From Oligoflexales bacterium (lineage in GTDB: Bacteria > Bdellovibrionota_B > Oligoflexia > Oligoflexales > JAPPIL01), in the NCBI GenBank assembly GCA_965215515.1, contig OZ244057.1, positions 480,001-544,000 of the forward strand: a stretch of 64,000 nucleotides of DNA, read 5' to 3'. The position numbers were made by a program, and so were the translations under genes. The notes under the pieces were generated by a model. That model made no database searches. It had not been told where the DNA came from and saw only the letters and a list, made by a program, of their open reading frames with translations. Below are positions 49,600 to 59,288 of the stretch, one piece after another; the first letter of the stretch is position 1; every line of letters begins with the position of its first letter.

Positions 49600-51732
49600 A
49601 TGGACAATAAAATCGCCATTATCGGCATGGCAGGCGTGTTCCCGCGCGCCGCCGACCTCGACGCTTATTGGCATAACATCACCCACAAAGTCGATGCCAT
49701 CACCCCCTTGCCTCCGACACACTGGCGCTCAGAAGACTACTACTCCGCCGATCCGACCCGAGCAGACCACGTCTACATCACCAAAGGTGGTTTTCTCCCC
49801 ACCCTGCCCTTCGATCTGCGAGAATTTGGGATCGCACCACGCACCATCACCGCTATCGACACCGCACAACTGCTAGGTTTGCTGGTGGCAAAGAATGCTC
49901 TGCACGATGCGGGCTACGGCGCGGAACGCACTTTCGATCGTGCCCGTACCAACGTTATCTTCGGCGCGACGGGAGCACAAGAACTGGTCATCCCTCTCGC
50001 TGCCCGTCTCGGCCACCCGCACTGGCGACGCGCGCTGCACAAAGCAGGTATTGCCGACGCTCAGGCAGAAGCTATCGTTAACGACATTGCCAACTCCTAC
50101 GTCAGCTGGCAGGAAGCCTCGTTCCCAGGCCTGCTCGGTAACGTTATCGCAGGCCGCGTCGCCAACCGCTTCGATCTGCGCGGCAGCAACTGTGCGGTCG
50201 ATGCCGCTTGTGCCAGCTCGCTCGCGGCCCTGAGACTCGCTTGCCTCGAATTGCACAGCCACAGCTGCGATCTTGCCCTCTGCGGAGGAGTCGATACCTT
50301 CAACGACATCTTCATGTACATGTGCTTCGCCCGCACCCACGCGCTCGCCCCCGACGGCAAAGCAAAAGCCTACGACCGTCATGCCGACGGTACAACCATC
50401 GGCGAGGGGGCGGGAGCGCTGCTCCTCAAACGCTACGACGATGCCCTAGCCGCGGAAGACCACATCTACGCCATCATCAGAAATATCGGTAGTGCCAGCG
50501 ACGGACGCGGCCCCGCCATCTACGAGCCGAGTCGCGACGGGCAGGTAGCCGCCCTGCGTAACGCTTGCCACGGCATCGACCCTGCTTCCATCACGCTCCT
50601 CGAAGGACATGGCACAGGCACACGCGTCGGCGACCACATCGAACTGCAAGCACTGCACGAAGTTTTTCGTCGCCCCACAGCACAAAAAAAATACTGTGCC
50701 CTCGGTTCAGTCAAATCACAGATCGGCCACACCAAAGCCGCAGCAGGGATGGCAGGCATTATCAAAGCCGCTCTTGCCCTGCACCACCGCGTGTTGCCAC
50801 CCACCATCAATTGCGACGACCCTCACCCCCTGTTAGCCGACGGCGACTCACCCTTCTACCTCAACACCACCAGCCGTGCTTGGGAAGCTGACCCGCAACA
50901 CCCCCGTCGTGCAGGAGTGAGCTCGTTCGGTTTCGGCGGCAGCAACTTTCACTGTCTGCTCGAAGAAAACCCCACCCCCAACCCACGTCCACCCCGTACC
51001 GCACCGCCAAACACGAACAGAGAAAACTTTGTCATCACCATCAACGGAGCGAACCTTAAAGACGTTGACTTGTTGTCCGCAACTGCGGATAATGGCGGCC
51101 GCGTGAATTACGAGCACGGTCGCAGCATGTCAGATACACAACCGACAAACGACACGGCGAGCAGCGCAGACAACAAGCCAGATGCCGTCACCCAAGCGGC
51201 AATCGCCGCCGTGCAGCACATACAGACACGCGCTGCCGACCTGCATGCTAAGTTTCTCGATATCCAGAATACCTCGCTGCAAACGCTGAACGACATCGTC
51301 AACCAGCGTCGCGCCACTCCCGACAGCATACCTGACCACCTCAGCCTCCCCAGTGAAGTCACACCCCCACCCACCCACCCACCCGCACCTACAGCTGTCA
51401 CCGCTGACCCTGCACCTGTCGTTCCTGCGACAACATCCAGTGCCGACCCCCAACTCAACGGCCGAGCCACCCCCACCGCTAACGGGCACGACAATGATCT
51501 GCATACCTCGCTACTCGCGGTCGTGGCACAAAAAACAGGCTACCCCGAAGACATGCTGACGTTGGACATGAAAATCGAAGAAGACCTCGGTATCGATTCC
51601 ATCAAACGAGTCGAGATCCTCTCCGCCTTGAAGGACAAACACCCACAACTCGAAGCCGCCGATGAACAACTTATCACCGCCACCTCATTGCATGATATTC
51701 TTGACTTCTGCCAAACTGAAAAAAAAAAGTAG
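49600..51732 (+). CDS. PfaA/Pfa2-like PKS subunit: KS plus a single ACP, no AT or KR
   Basis: DAACASSL, EGHGTGT, IGHTKAAAG, SSFGFGGSNFH; ACP LGIDSIKRVEIL. Confidence 0.9.
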   Translation: MDNKIAIIGMAGVFPRAADLDAYWHNITHKVDAITPLPPTHWRSEDYYSADPTRADHVYITKGGFLPTLPFDLREFGIAPRTITAIDTAQLLGLLVAKNALHDAGYGAERTFDRARTNVIFGATGAQELVIPLAARLGHPHWRRALHKAGIADAQAEAIVNDIANSYVSWQEASFPGLLGNVIAGRVANRFDLRGSNCAVDAACASSLAALRLACLELHSHSCDLALCGGVDTFNDIFMYMCFARTHALAPDGKAKAYDRHADGTTIGEGAGALLLKRYDDALAAEDHIYAIIRNIGSASDGRGPAIYEPSRDGQVAALRNACHGIDPASITLLEGHGTGTRVGDHIELQALHEVFRRPTAQKKYCALGSVKSQIGHTKAAAGMAGIIKAALALHHRVLPPTINCDDPHPLLADGDSPFYLNTTSRAWEADPQHPRRAGVSSFGFGGSNFHCLLEENPTPNPRPPRTAPPNTNRENFVITINGANLKDVDLLSATADNGGRVNYEHGRSMSDTQPTNDTASSADNKPDAVTQAAIAAVQHIQTRAADLHAKFLDIQNTSLQTLNDIVNQRRATPDSIPDHLSLPSEVTPPPTHPPAPTAVTADPAPVVPATTSSADPQLNGRATPTANGHDNDLHTSLLAVVAQKTGYPEDMLTLDMKIEEDLGIDSIKRVEILSALKDKHPQLEAADEQLITATSLHDILDFCQTEKKK

Positions 51733-51749
51733 CACCAGCCGCCTCGCCC

Positions 51750-52529
51750 GTGTTCAACCTTGACACTACCACCTTCCCTGCACTGCAAGACCACATGCTC
51801 GACGCACGCATCGTCGTGCCCGCCGCCCTCGCTTTGACGCGCTTGCGCAGCTACGCCGAAAGCGTTACCGCCTGTGCCCAACGACATCTAACAGCCTTTC
51901 AGGTGTTGCACGGTGTGACCTTCCCCTCCACCGCGACGGTGCAACTAACCCTGCGCAGCCAACAAAGCACCCCTGACACCTGCCGCGTCGGTCTGTACCA
52001 CAACCAGCGTGCCTGCTACCGCGCCCTGGCCATGCACAACACCACCCCGCCGTTACCGAGTAGTCGCTTGCCGCCGCAGTTACACCTGCACGATAGCGAC
52101 CTCAGCACCGTCTACCGCGAAATTTTATTTCACGGCCCGCGCTGGCAGCTGCTCACCGCCATCTCCGCACCGCATGCGCAGACGAGCAGTGCTGCATTCG
52201 TTATTCCCGCCACGCTGGAACGTGAAACCGCCATGATCGATGCCGCTCTGCAGTTAGCCATCGTCCACATTCACCGTCGCTACCGAAAAACCTTCAGTTT
52301 GCCCGCAGCCATCGGCAGTTACCGTCTCTTCAACCCCGCACCGCCATCCCAGGGCACTCTTACCGTGCGTGTCACCGCACGCCACAACGCCCACGTGCTG
52401 CTCGATGCCGATATTACCCACCATACCCGCTTGCTTGCCCGTCTCGATGCCATCGAGATGATTCAAGGACGACGGCGGGGTGTGTCACCTACTGTGCAGG
52501 AACAATGCGCCACCACCACACCCAAGTAG
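51750..52529 (+). CDS. PKS-type dehydratase domain, probably fused to the upstream ORF by a -1 shift
   Basis: LQDHMLDARIVVP (HxxxxxxxxP), LFHGP, DAALQL; no RBS; frame open back to the A10 run. Confidence 0.8.
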   Translation: MFNLDTTTFPALQDHMLDARIVVPAALALTRLRSYAESVTACAQRHLTAFQVLHGVTFPSTATVQLTLRSQQSTPDTCRVGLYHNQRACYRALAMHNTTPPLPSSRLPPQLHLHDSDLSTVYREILFHGPRWQLLTAISAPHAQTSSAAFVIPATLERETAMIDAALQLAIVHIHRRYRKTFSLPAAIGSYRLFNPAPPSQGTLTVRVTARHNAHVLLDADITHHTRLLARLDAIEMIQGRRRGVSPTVQEQCATTTPK

Positions 52530-55500
52530 CTGTCGTCGGAATGGGCGGGATCTTCCCTGCCTGCCGCAATCTTGACGATTTCTGGCAACTGTTGCAAGAT
52601 AGACGCACTACCGCACGCCCCCTCCCCCCTAACCGCAGCGGGAAACCACGCGCACAGCTGCATCATCCCCATCACCCCGCCCCCGATAAATTTATTTCAC
52701 CCTACGCTTGTTTGCTCGACGATAGCTTGCTAGCCAACACCCATGTACCAGAAAAATTCGGACGTGATCCCCTCGTTACCTTGACCCTCGCCGCCACCCA
52801 GCAGGCGCTCGACGATACCCGCTCGTGGCCACACAAAATCGACCGCCACACCACTAACGTCATCATCGGCCACGTCCTACTACCGACCGAACACAGTTCC
52901 AAACTCAGCGAACAATTCTATTTTCCTGACAAATACGTCCACAATCCGATCGATCCGTGTAACCGCTACGCAGCCGACTTACCCGCCATCGCTATTCAGC
53001 AACACTTCGCACTGCACGGTGACCGTTTTTGTCTCGATGCCGCCTGTGCTTCAACCTTGTACGCATTGAAGTTAGCCATGGACGACCTACTGGCCGTGCG
53101 TGCCTCGACCGTCATTTGCGGCGGCGTGTTGCGCGCTGACGGGCTCTACCCCCAGATGGGTTTTACCCAACTGCAAGCTCTCTCGCCACGCGGTCGTTGT
53201 CTGCCCTTTACGGCCGAAGCCGACGGGCTGCTTGTCGGCGAAGGTGCGGGTATCTTCGTGCTCAAACGCCTGCACGATGCCTTGGCTGAAGGCGATCGCA
53301 TACACGGCATCATCCGTGCCGTCGGGTTGAGCAACGATGTGCAGGGCAATATTCTCGCCCCCGACCGCCACGGCCAATTGCAGGCCATGCACAATGCCTA
53401 CCGTATAGGAGGAGTGTCCCCGTCTGAGATAGATTACATCGAATGTCATGCCACAGGTGCACCTCGTGGCGATACGGTGGAAATTGCTAGCCTGGCTGAA
53501 CTTTTCTGTTCCGAGCGCCGCGCAAAAGATGACCGTGCTCACATCCTCGGCACGGTCAAGGGCAATATCGGCCATCTCCTCACCGCCGCGGGGGCTGCGG
53601 GGTTGGCTAAAATTCTGCTCTCTCTACACCACAACTCCGTTCCTCCCAACATCGGTGCCCATAACCCTGCCTCCCAGCTCGTGGGCACACCCTTCATTTT
53701 CAGCGACCGCGCCCAACGCTGGGAGAGCGCAAAAAATAAACCGCGCTGTGCCGCACTCAGCGGATTCGGATTCGGTGGCATCAACGCTCATCTTATCGTG
53801 GAAGAATATCGCGACGAGCAGCGGCAACCCTCGCGGGCAAAGGCACAGTCCCTGACATCGCACCGCCTCGTGCGAGATACCTCTATCGCTGTTATCGGGA
53901 TCGCCGCACATTGCGGCGCGCTCACCGATGTAGCACAGCTGCAGGCAGAAATTTTTGCACCCCCCCCAATTACCGCATCCAAGCATATCGCTGCTAGTCA
54001 TGCTCCTCTCACCCGTTACCGTCTGCCACCCGCACAGATACAAGAAATGCTGCCGCAACAGCTGCTGATGCTCAACACCGCCTGTGCTGCTGCGGACATG
54101 GTGGGCAAAAACAAACTACCCGCGAGCACGGGCATCTATATCGGTCTCGGTCTCGATTGCCATACAGGGCATTTCTTCGTGCGTTGGCAACAGGGCGACG
54201 TGCGGTGGCCACCCTTGACTTATGGACGCACTCTCGGTGCGTTGGGGAGCATCGTTGCCAGCCGTATCGCTCGTGTGCTGGCTTGTAATGCCCCCGCTTT
54301 TACGGTGTCCAGCGATGCTAGCAGCGGCCTCAAGGCCTGCGCACTGGCCTGCGCCGCCTTGCACGCCCGAGAAATTACTACTGCCATCGTCGGTGCGGTT
54401 GACTTCGCTTGCCATCCTCTCAATATCTACGCCCGAGGTCCTAATCCGCATGGCTATGGTGATGCGGCTTGTGCCCTCGTACTCAAGCCTTTACCTGCTG
54501 CTCAGCGCGACCACGATCGGGTACTGGCTATCATCAGCACTACTGCTGACCACAAGTTCCGCACTATCGGCACAACTGACAGCATTGTCCGTCACCGCGG
54601 CGACTGTGGTTATGCGCATGGTTTACTCGAACTCACTTACGGCATTATGTGTGCGGCACGAGGCGAACATGTTCAGGTTAGGGTTCGAGATCGTGACGGC
54701 TATACGCGCCTTGTTCATTTACGACCACCGCCGCAACCGACGACCTTGCCGACATCGATCTCGGCAAAAAACACGGCACAGATTACCTTGACGACACCGA
54801 CTCTGACCGTCGCTGAGCGCACTAGCTACAGTTACCAACAGTGTTTGACCTTCGCCCGCGGCCGTGCTGCCGCGGTGCTGGGCGAGAAGTTCGCCGCCTA
54901 CGATCGTTACCCTGTGCGTGTCCGTCTGCCAGACGAGCCGCTGCTACTTTGTCACCGCATTTTGCATTGCGACGGGCAAGAACAGGCGAACGACATCGCG
55001 GCCGCCCGTGGTTATGTGCAAACGGCTCATGATGTGCGTGACGACGCGTGGTATCTCGATCACCATCACATTCCTTTGAGTATTGCGGTCGAAGCGGGTC
55101 AGGCGGATTTGTTTCTTTGTTCGCAGCTCGGTATTGATTTTCTCAATCGAGGTCAAGCTGTCTACCGTCTGCTCGATGCCGAGATTACCTGTGCCCAGCC
55201 TTTGCCATCGCCTCCTGCAACCATCATCTATGATATCAACATCGACCGTTTCTTTAAGTATGGCACGAGTTGGTTTTTTAATTTCCGTTTCACTGCCAAA
55301 GTCGATGGCGAGTTGCTTTTGGAGATGGCAAACGGCTGTGCGGGTTTTTTCACCGCCGCGCAGCTCGCCGCAGGTCGTGGTATTCCTAGGCTCGAGCGCA
55401 GGCAGCAAGCCCCCCCGCGGTTGTCCCCGACTGCCGCTTGGCCCTTGACTTGGTCGGGCAACGAGACCTACGACGCATCACAGCTTGCATTCTTGCGGGC

Positions 55501-57073
55501 GGGGCAGCTGGGAAAATGTTTCGGCAGTTCTTGCGAGGCTTTCAACAAAATCAGCAATCCCTGTCGTTTACCGCACGGACGCATGCAGCTTATCGACCGT
55601 ATTACTGCTTTGCAAGCCGAGGGGGGTGACTATGGCAATGGTCTTGTTGTCAGCGAACACGACATCGTGTCTGAGGCTTGGTATCTCACCTGTCACTTCG
55701 TCGATGATCGTGTCATGCCAGGCACATTGATGTATGAGTGTGCACTACAGACGTTGCGTGTCTACACCATGCGACGCGGTTGGGTCTGCGAGGCAGGGGA
55801 CTATCGTAGTGATGCTGTCGCGGGTGTTAAGACGACTCTCAAGTGTCGCGGTCAAGTTACTGACAGGCACAAAACGTTGCGTTGTGCTGTTCATCTCAAA
55901 ACCAGCGGCGGTAGTCCTGCGCCTTTCTGTATTGCCGATGCCTATCTTTATGTCGATGGCATGTGTGCTGTCAGTTTCACCGACATGTCGTTACAGCTTA
56001 CTGATTTCCCTCTGTCTTCTCGTGCCACCGCCGAAGTTTTTTGTCGTAACGAGCAAATTCTACAGTTTGCGGAGGGCGATCCTACCCGCTGTTTTGGGGA
56101 GCGTTATGCGGTGTTCAGGCACAAACGCAAGGTGGCGCGGTTACCGCGTCCGCCTTACAAGTTTCTCGATCGTATCGTCACCGCTAGTCCGCAACCTGCT
56201 GAGTTTACTGCCGATGCTAGCTGTACGGCTGAGTATGATTTGTCTCCTGAGCTCGCTTACCTCACGGCTCAGGGACAGCTACCGTTTTGTCTGTTGCTGG
56301 AAATAGGTTTGCAGCCTTGTGGTTGGCTAGCCGCCTATATCGGTTGTGCGTTGCAGTCGGAACAAGATCTGTCCTTCCGCAATCTCGATGGGCGAGGCAC
56401 GCAACATCAGTTTGTCTCTCGTGGTGCGGGCACGCTTACTACCGAGGTTCGCCTGACTAGGCTGGTACAGGCGATGGGTATGATTCTCTGTAATTTCTCC
56501 TTAGCTGTCAGTGCTGCCGCACAAAAAGTTTACACTGCCACTACGGGTTTCGGTTTTTTTACGCCTGCGGCTCTCGCGGCGCAGACGGGAATCGGGGGGG
56601 TGCGGCTTAGCCAGTTACCGCCACAAAAAAAGTTTCCTTATCCTCTTGATTTGGTGGATAATGGGCTAAGGATGATAGACACGCTTGATTTTTTCGACCC
56701 GTGCGGGGGGGTGCGGCGGCTGGGTTTGGTGCGAGGGCATAAGCTTGTCGATGCGCGAGCTTGGTTTTTTCGGGCGCATTTTTATCAAGATCCAGTTGTG
56801 CCTGGTTCGCTGGGGCTTGAGTCGTTGTTGCAGTTGTATGTGTTGTTGGCGCGGGAGCATTGGGGCACGAGCAGCGTGATGGCTTTGGGGTATCCGCATC
56901 TCTGGAGTTACCGTGGCCAGGTTGTGCCTACTCAGACGTGCATGACGACACAACTCGAAGTTACTGCCGTTGACCAGCAACGCCGTATCATGCGAGGTGA
57001 TGGTCTGTTTGCGGTTGATGGTTTGGTTATCTACCGCATGACTGATTTTGCCGTTGAGGCGGCTGATGCTTGA
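52505..57073 (+). CDS. PfaC/Pfa3-like PKS subunit: KS, truncated CLF-like KS, FabA-type dehydratase/isomerase domains
   Basis: DAACASTL, ECHATG, IGHLLTAAG; second KS lacks Cys (SSDASSGL); CHFVDDRVMPGTLMYE and AHFYQDPVVPGSLGLE plus two pseudo-DH segments. Confidence 0.9.
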   Translation: MRHHHTQVAVVGMGGIFPACRNLDDFWQLLQDRRTTARPLPPNRSGKPRAQLHHPHHPAPDKFISPYACLLDDSLLANTHVPEKFGRDPLVTLTLAATQQALDDTRSWPHKIDRHTTNVIIGHVLLPTEHSSKLSEQFYFPDKYVHNPIDPCNRYAADLPAIAIQQHFALHGDRFCLDAACASTLYALKLAMDDLLAVRASTVICGGVLRADGLYPQMGFTQLQALSPRGRCLPFTAEADGLLVGEGAGIFVLKRLHDALAEGDRIHGIIRAVGLSNDVQGNILAPDRHGQLQAMHNAYRIGGVSPSEIDYIECHATGAPRGDTVEIASLAELFCSERRAKDDRAHILGTVKGNIGHLLTAAGAAGLAKILLSLHHNSVPPNIGAHNPASQLVGTPFIFSDRAQRWESAKNKPRCAALSGFGFGGINAHLIVEEYRDEQRQPSRAKAQSLTSHRLVRDTSIAVIGIAAHCGALTDVAQLQAEIFAPPPITASKHIAASHAPLTRYRLPPAQIQEMLPQQLLMLNTACAAADMVGKNKLPASTGIYIGLGLDCHTGHFFVRWQQGDVRWPPLTYGRTLGALGSIVASRIARVLACNAPAFTVSSDASSGLKACALACAALHAREITTAIVGAVDFACHPLNIYARGPNPHGYGDAACALVLKPLPAAQRDHDRVLAIISTTADHKFRTIGTTDSIVRHRGDCGYAHGLLELTYGIMCAARGEHVQVRVRDRDGYTRLVHLRPPPQPTTLPTSISAKNTAQITLTTPTLTVAERTSYSYQQCLTFARGRAAAVLGEKFAAYDRYPVRVRLPDEPLLLCHRILHCDGQEQANDIAAARGYVQTAHDVRDDAWYLDHHHIPLSIAVEAGQADLFLCSQLGIDFLNRGQAVYRLLDAEITCAQPLPSPPATIIYDINIDRFFKYGTSWFFNFRFTAKVDGELLLEMANGCAGFFTAAQLAAGRGIPRLERRQQAPPRLSPTAAWPLTWSGNETYDASQLAFLRAGQLGKCFGSSCEAFNKISNPCRLPHGRMQLIDRITALQAEGGDYGNGLVVSEHDIVSEAWYLTCHFVDDRVMPGTLMYECALQTLRVYTMRRGWVCEAGDYRSDAVAGVKTTLKCRGQVTDRHKTLRCAVHLKTSGGSPAPFCIADAYLYVDGMCAVSFTDMSLQLTDFPLSSRATAEVFCRNEQILQFAEGDPTRCFGERYAVFRHKRKVARLPRPPYKFLDRIVTASPQPAEFTADASCTAEYDLSPELAYLTAQGQLPFCLLLEIGLQPCGWLAAYIGCALQSEQDLSFRNLDGRGTQHQFVSRGAGTLTTEVRLTRLVQAMGMILCNFSLAVSAAAQKVYTATTGFGFFTPAALAAQTGIGGVRLSQLPPQKKFPYPLDLVDNGLRMIDTLDFFDPCGGVRRLGLVRGHKLVDARAWFFRAHFYQDPVVPGSLGLESLLQLYVLLAREHWGTSSVMALGYPHLWSYRGQVVPTQTCMTTQLEVTAVDQQRRIMRGDGLFAVDGLVIYRMTDFAVEAADA

Positions 57074-59288
57074 TGCAAGTGTCAGCGAGTGGTGGGGAAA
57101 GTTAAAAAGTTTCGCTGCCGAGGATGATGACGACCTCAGTCGGTTGTTAGTTTGGGTTGTGCTTGCCGCAATCTTTTTCATCTACTGGTATGTTGGGCTG
57201 CGGTATTTCATTTTTGCGGGCGCGGCTTATGGCGCGGACAACTCCTCTCATCTTGCCGAGATAATAAAAGTTGCCGCGGCGATGCGTGAAGGGCGCTTCG
57301 ATGCTTTTTGGTTTTCGCAAGTAAATCTCGGTTATCCTCTTTTTCAGAACTACAATGTGTTGCCTTATCTTTTGATGGGGGCGTTGGTTGCGGTGACGCA
57401 GACTTTTTGGCAACCGATGCATGTCTATAACACTTCTGTAATTTTTTTGCATGCGCTTGTCCCTTTGTGTTGGTATGTCAGTGCCCGTCTGATGCGTTTG
57501 CCGCGCTTGATCTCGCTGTGTTTTGCGCTGTTCTCCGTGTTCATGAGGGAGTACACGATGTTTGGGCCTCATGCAGGTACGACGATGGGGATGGGGCTTT
57601 ACACCCAGCTGTGGGCGTTACCGTTGTTGCCGTCGGTGCTTGCCTGCTACTATCGTTTTTTGGTGTTAGCGACACGCGATGGTATGCTAGCCACTATTGT
57701 TATGCACAGTCTACTGTGTTCCATCCATAATCTGTTTGGTTTTTTCGCGGGTATCGGTGGGTTATGGTTTTTTATTTTGTGTCGTAAAGGCTGGAGGAGG
57801 TATCTTTGCAGTCAAGTGGTTATTATTTCGCTATTTTCTTATTGGATTGTGGCATGGTTCGGTAACAGTATTTATCTGATAAAGATTCATCTCATCGATC
57901 ATCCTATTTACAGTGATGGTTTTGTCCTTACCGTCAAGTACTTGGTCGAGGGTTATTTATTTGATGATGAGCGTTCGTTTCCTTTGCTTACTTTACTGGT
58001 GGGCGTAGGTATGTTGGTAACTTTGCGCACGCAGACGGTGTTGCGTGCGTGGGCGGTGTATTTTTTTCTTTGCGGCATTGCTATGTGGTTGTATGCGCCA
58101 GGTGATAGTTTGCTTGCTCGTGTCATTCCTTTTTTTCAAGAAATACCTTATCGTCGTTATGCTACTATCATACAGGTAGGTGGGGCGTTGCTCGGTGCGT
58201 GGGGGGCGGGTTATTTGTTGTCGAAGGCTGCGCGTGTGTTTTCTCTTGTGCTTAATATTTCTGCTACGACGATTATGCGTGATTTGGCGGTCATTACGGC
58301 TGTTTTGTTATCTGTGCAACATCTTAATTTAGCGCGTCAGACATTTCGCAGTATGTTTATCGATGTAGATTTTGTTGCCGCGGCGAAATTTTTGCAACGC
58401 GAGCCGCACGCTCGTTTCCTTGTCCATGATAAATTCGGGACGGGCAGTCATTTTTTTAGAAACCTCATGCCGTTGCTTGCCGATCGTGCGCAACTTACCA
58501 CTTATGCTCGTGGTATTCGTGATTCGTTATCGTCTTATTACACCACGAGGTTTGATTTTGCGCCTTTATCTGCCGAACTGTTCAATGTGCGTTATCTGAT
58601 CAGTAACGGCAGACAGATACCGCTTTACCTGCGGGATGGTTTTGCTTTACGCCAGCAGTTTGGGCGTATCCGTGTTTATGTTGTTGATCGTGCTTATGGT
58701 TATTTTGATGTGGTGCAGAGTACTTTTGCCGTCGCTGCTTATACTAGTGAGACGGCGGTAGAATACCTTCGTCGTTACACACGGCGTTTTTATCGTCACG
58801 GGGTATTGCCGCGTTTGGTGCACGAGCCGCCTGAGGATATGCCTTATGTTAGTTTTGAGGGGGGCGAGTCGCGTTATTATTTGCAGGCTGGCGGTGTTGC
58901 GGTTGAGGGCAAGCGGTTCATGGCTGAGCTGCTCAAAAAAGGTATGCCGCGTTATCCTGGTCAGCGTATTCAGGAGAAGGTCAGCGATCATGTTTATCGG
59001 GCGACGTTGAGTCTTGACACATCTGCGTATTTGTTGCTCAAGGTTTCTTATCATCATGGCTGGCATGCGACTGTCAATGGCGAGTCGACTACTGTGTATG
59101 CTGTTGCTCCTAATCTGATGGCGGTGTCGTTGCCTGCGGGGCAGCATACGGTTGTTTTTAGTTACCGCGCTGATTTACTCCCGCGGGTGTTGTTTTTGCT
59201 GTGTGTGTTAGCCTGGTTGGTCTTGTTGGGGTGGTTGTTGTTTATGTTGCGGCGTGGTGTTGGTGTTAGGTTGGGTAGAGACAACTAG
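57066..59288 (+). CDS. Polytopic membrane protein, YfhO/GT-C glycosyltransferase-like
   Basis: GADNSSH, NLGYPLFQNY, more than 10 TM segments, LFNVRYLI, C-terminal SYHHGWHATVNG..LMAVSLPAGQHTVVFSY. Confidence 0.75.
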   Translation: MLDASVSEWWGKLKSFAAEDDDDLSRLLVWVVLAAIFFIYWYVGLRYFIFAGAAYGADNSSHLAEIIKVAAAMREGRFDAFWFSQVNLGYPLFQNYNVLPYLLMGALVAVTQTFWQPMHVYNTSVIFLHALVPLCWYVSARLMRLPRLISLCFALFSVFMREYTMFGPHAGTTMGMGLYTQLWALPLLPSVLACYYRFLVLATRDGMLATIVMHSLLCSIHNLFGFFAGIGGLWFFILCRKGWRRYLCSQVVIISLFSYWIVAWFGNSIYLIKIHLIDHPIYSDGFVLTVKYLVEGYLFDDERSFPLLTLLVGVGMLVTLRTQTVLRAWAVYFFLCGIAMWLYAPGDSLLARVIPFFQEIPYRRYATIIQVGGALLGAWGAGYLLSKAARVFSLVLNISATTIMRDLAVITAVLLSVQHLNLARQTFRSMFIDVDFVAAAKFLQREPHARFLVHDKFGTGSHFFRNLMPLLADRAQLTTYARGIRDSLSSYYTTRFDFAPLSAELFNVRYLISNGRQIPLYLRDGFALRQQFGRIRVYVVDRAYGYFDVVQSTFAVAAYTSETAVEYLRRYTRRFYRHGVLPRLVHEPPEDMPYVSFEGGESRYYLQAGGVAVEGKRFMAELLKKGMPRYPGQRIQEKVSDHVYRATLSLDTSAYLLLKVSYHHGWHATVNGESTTVYAVAPNLMAVSLPAGQHTVVFSYRADLLPRVLFLLCVLAWLVLLGWLLFMLRRGVGVRLGRDN

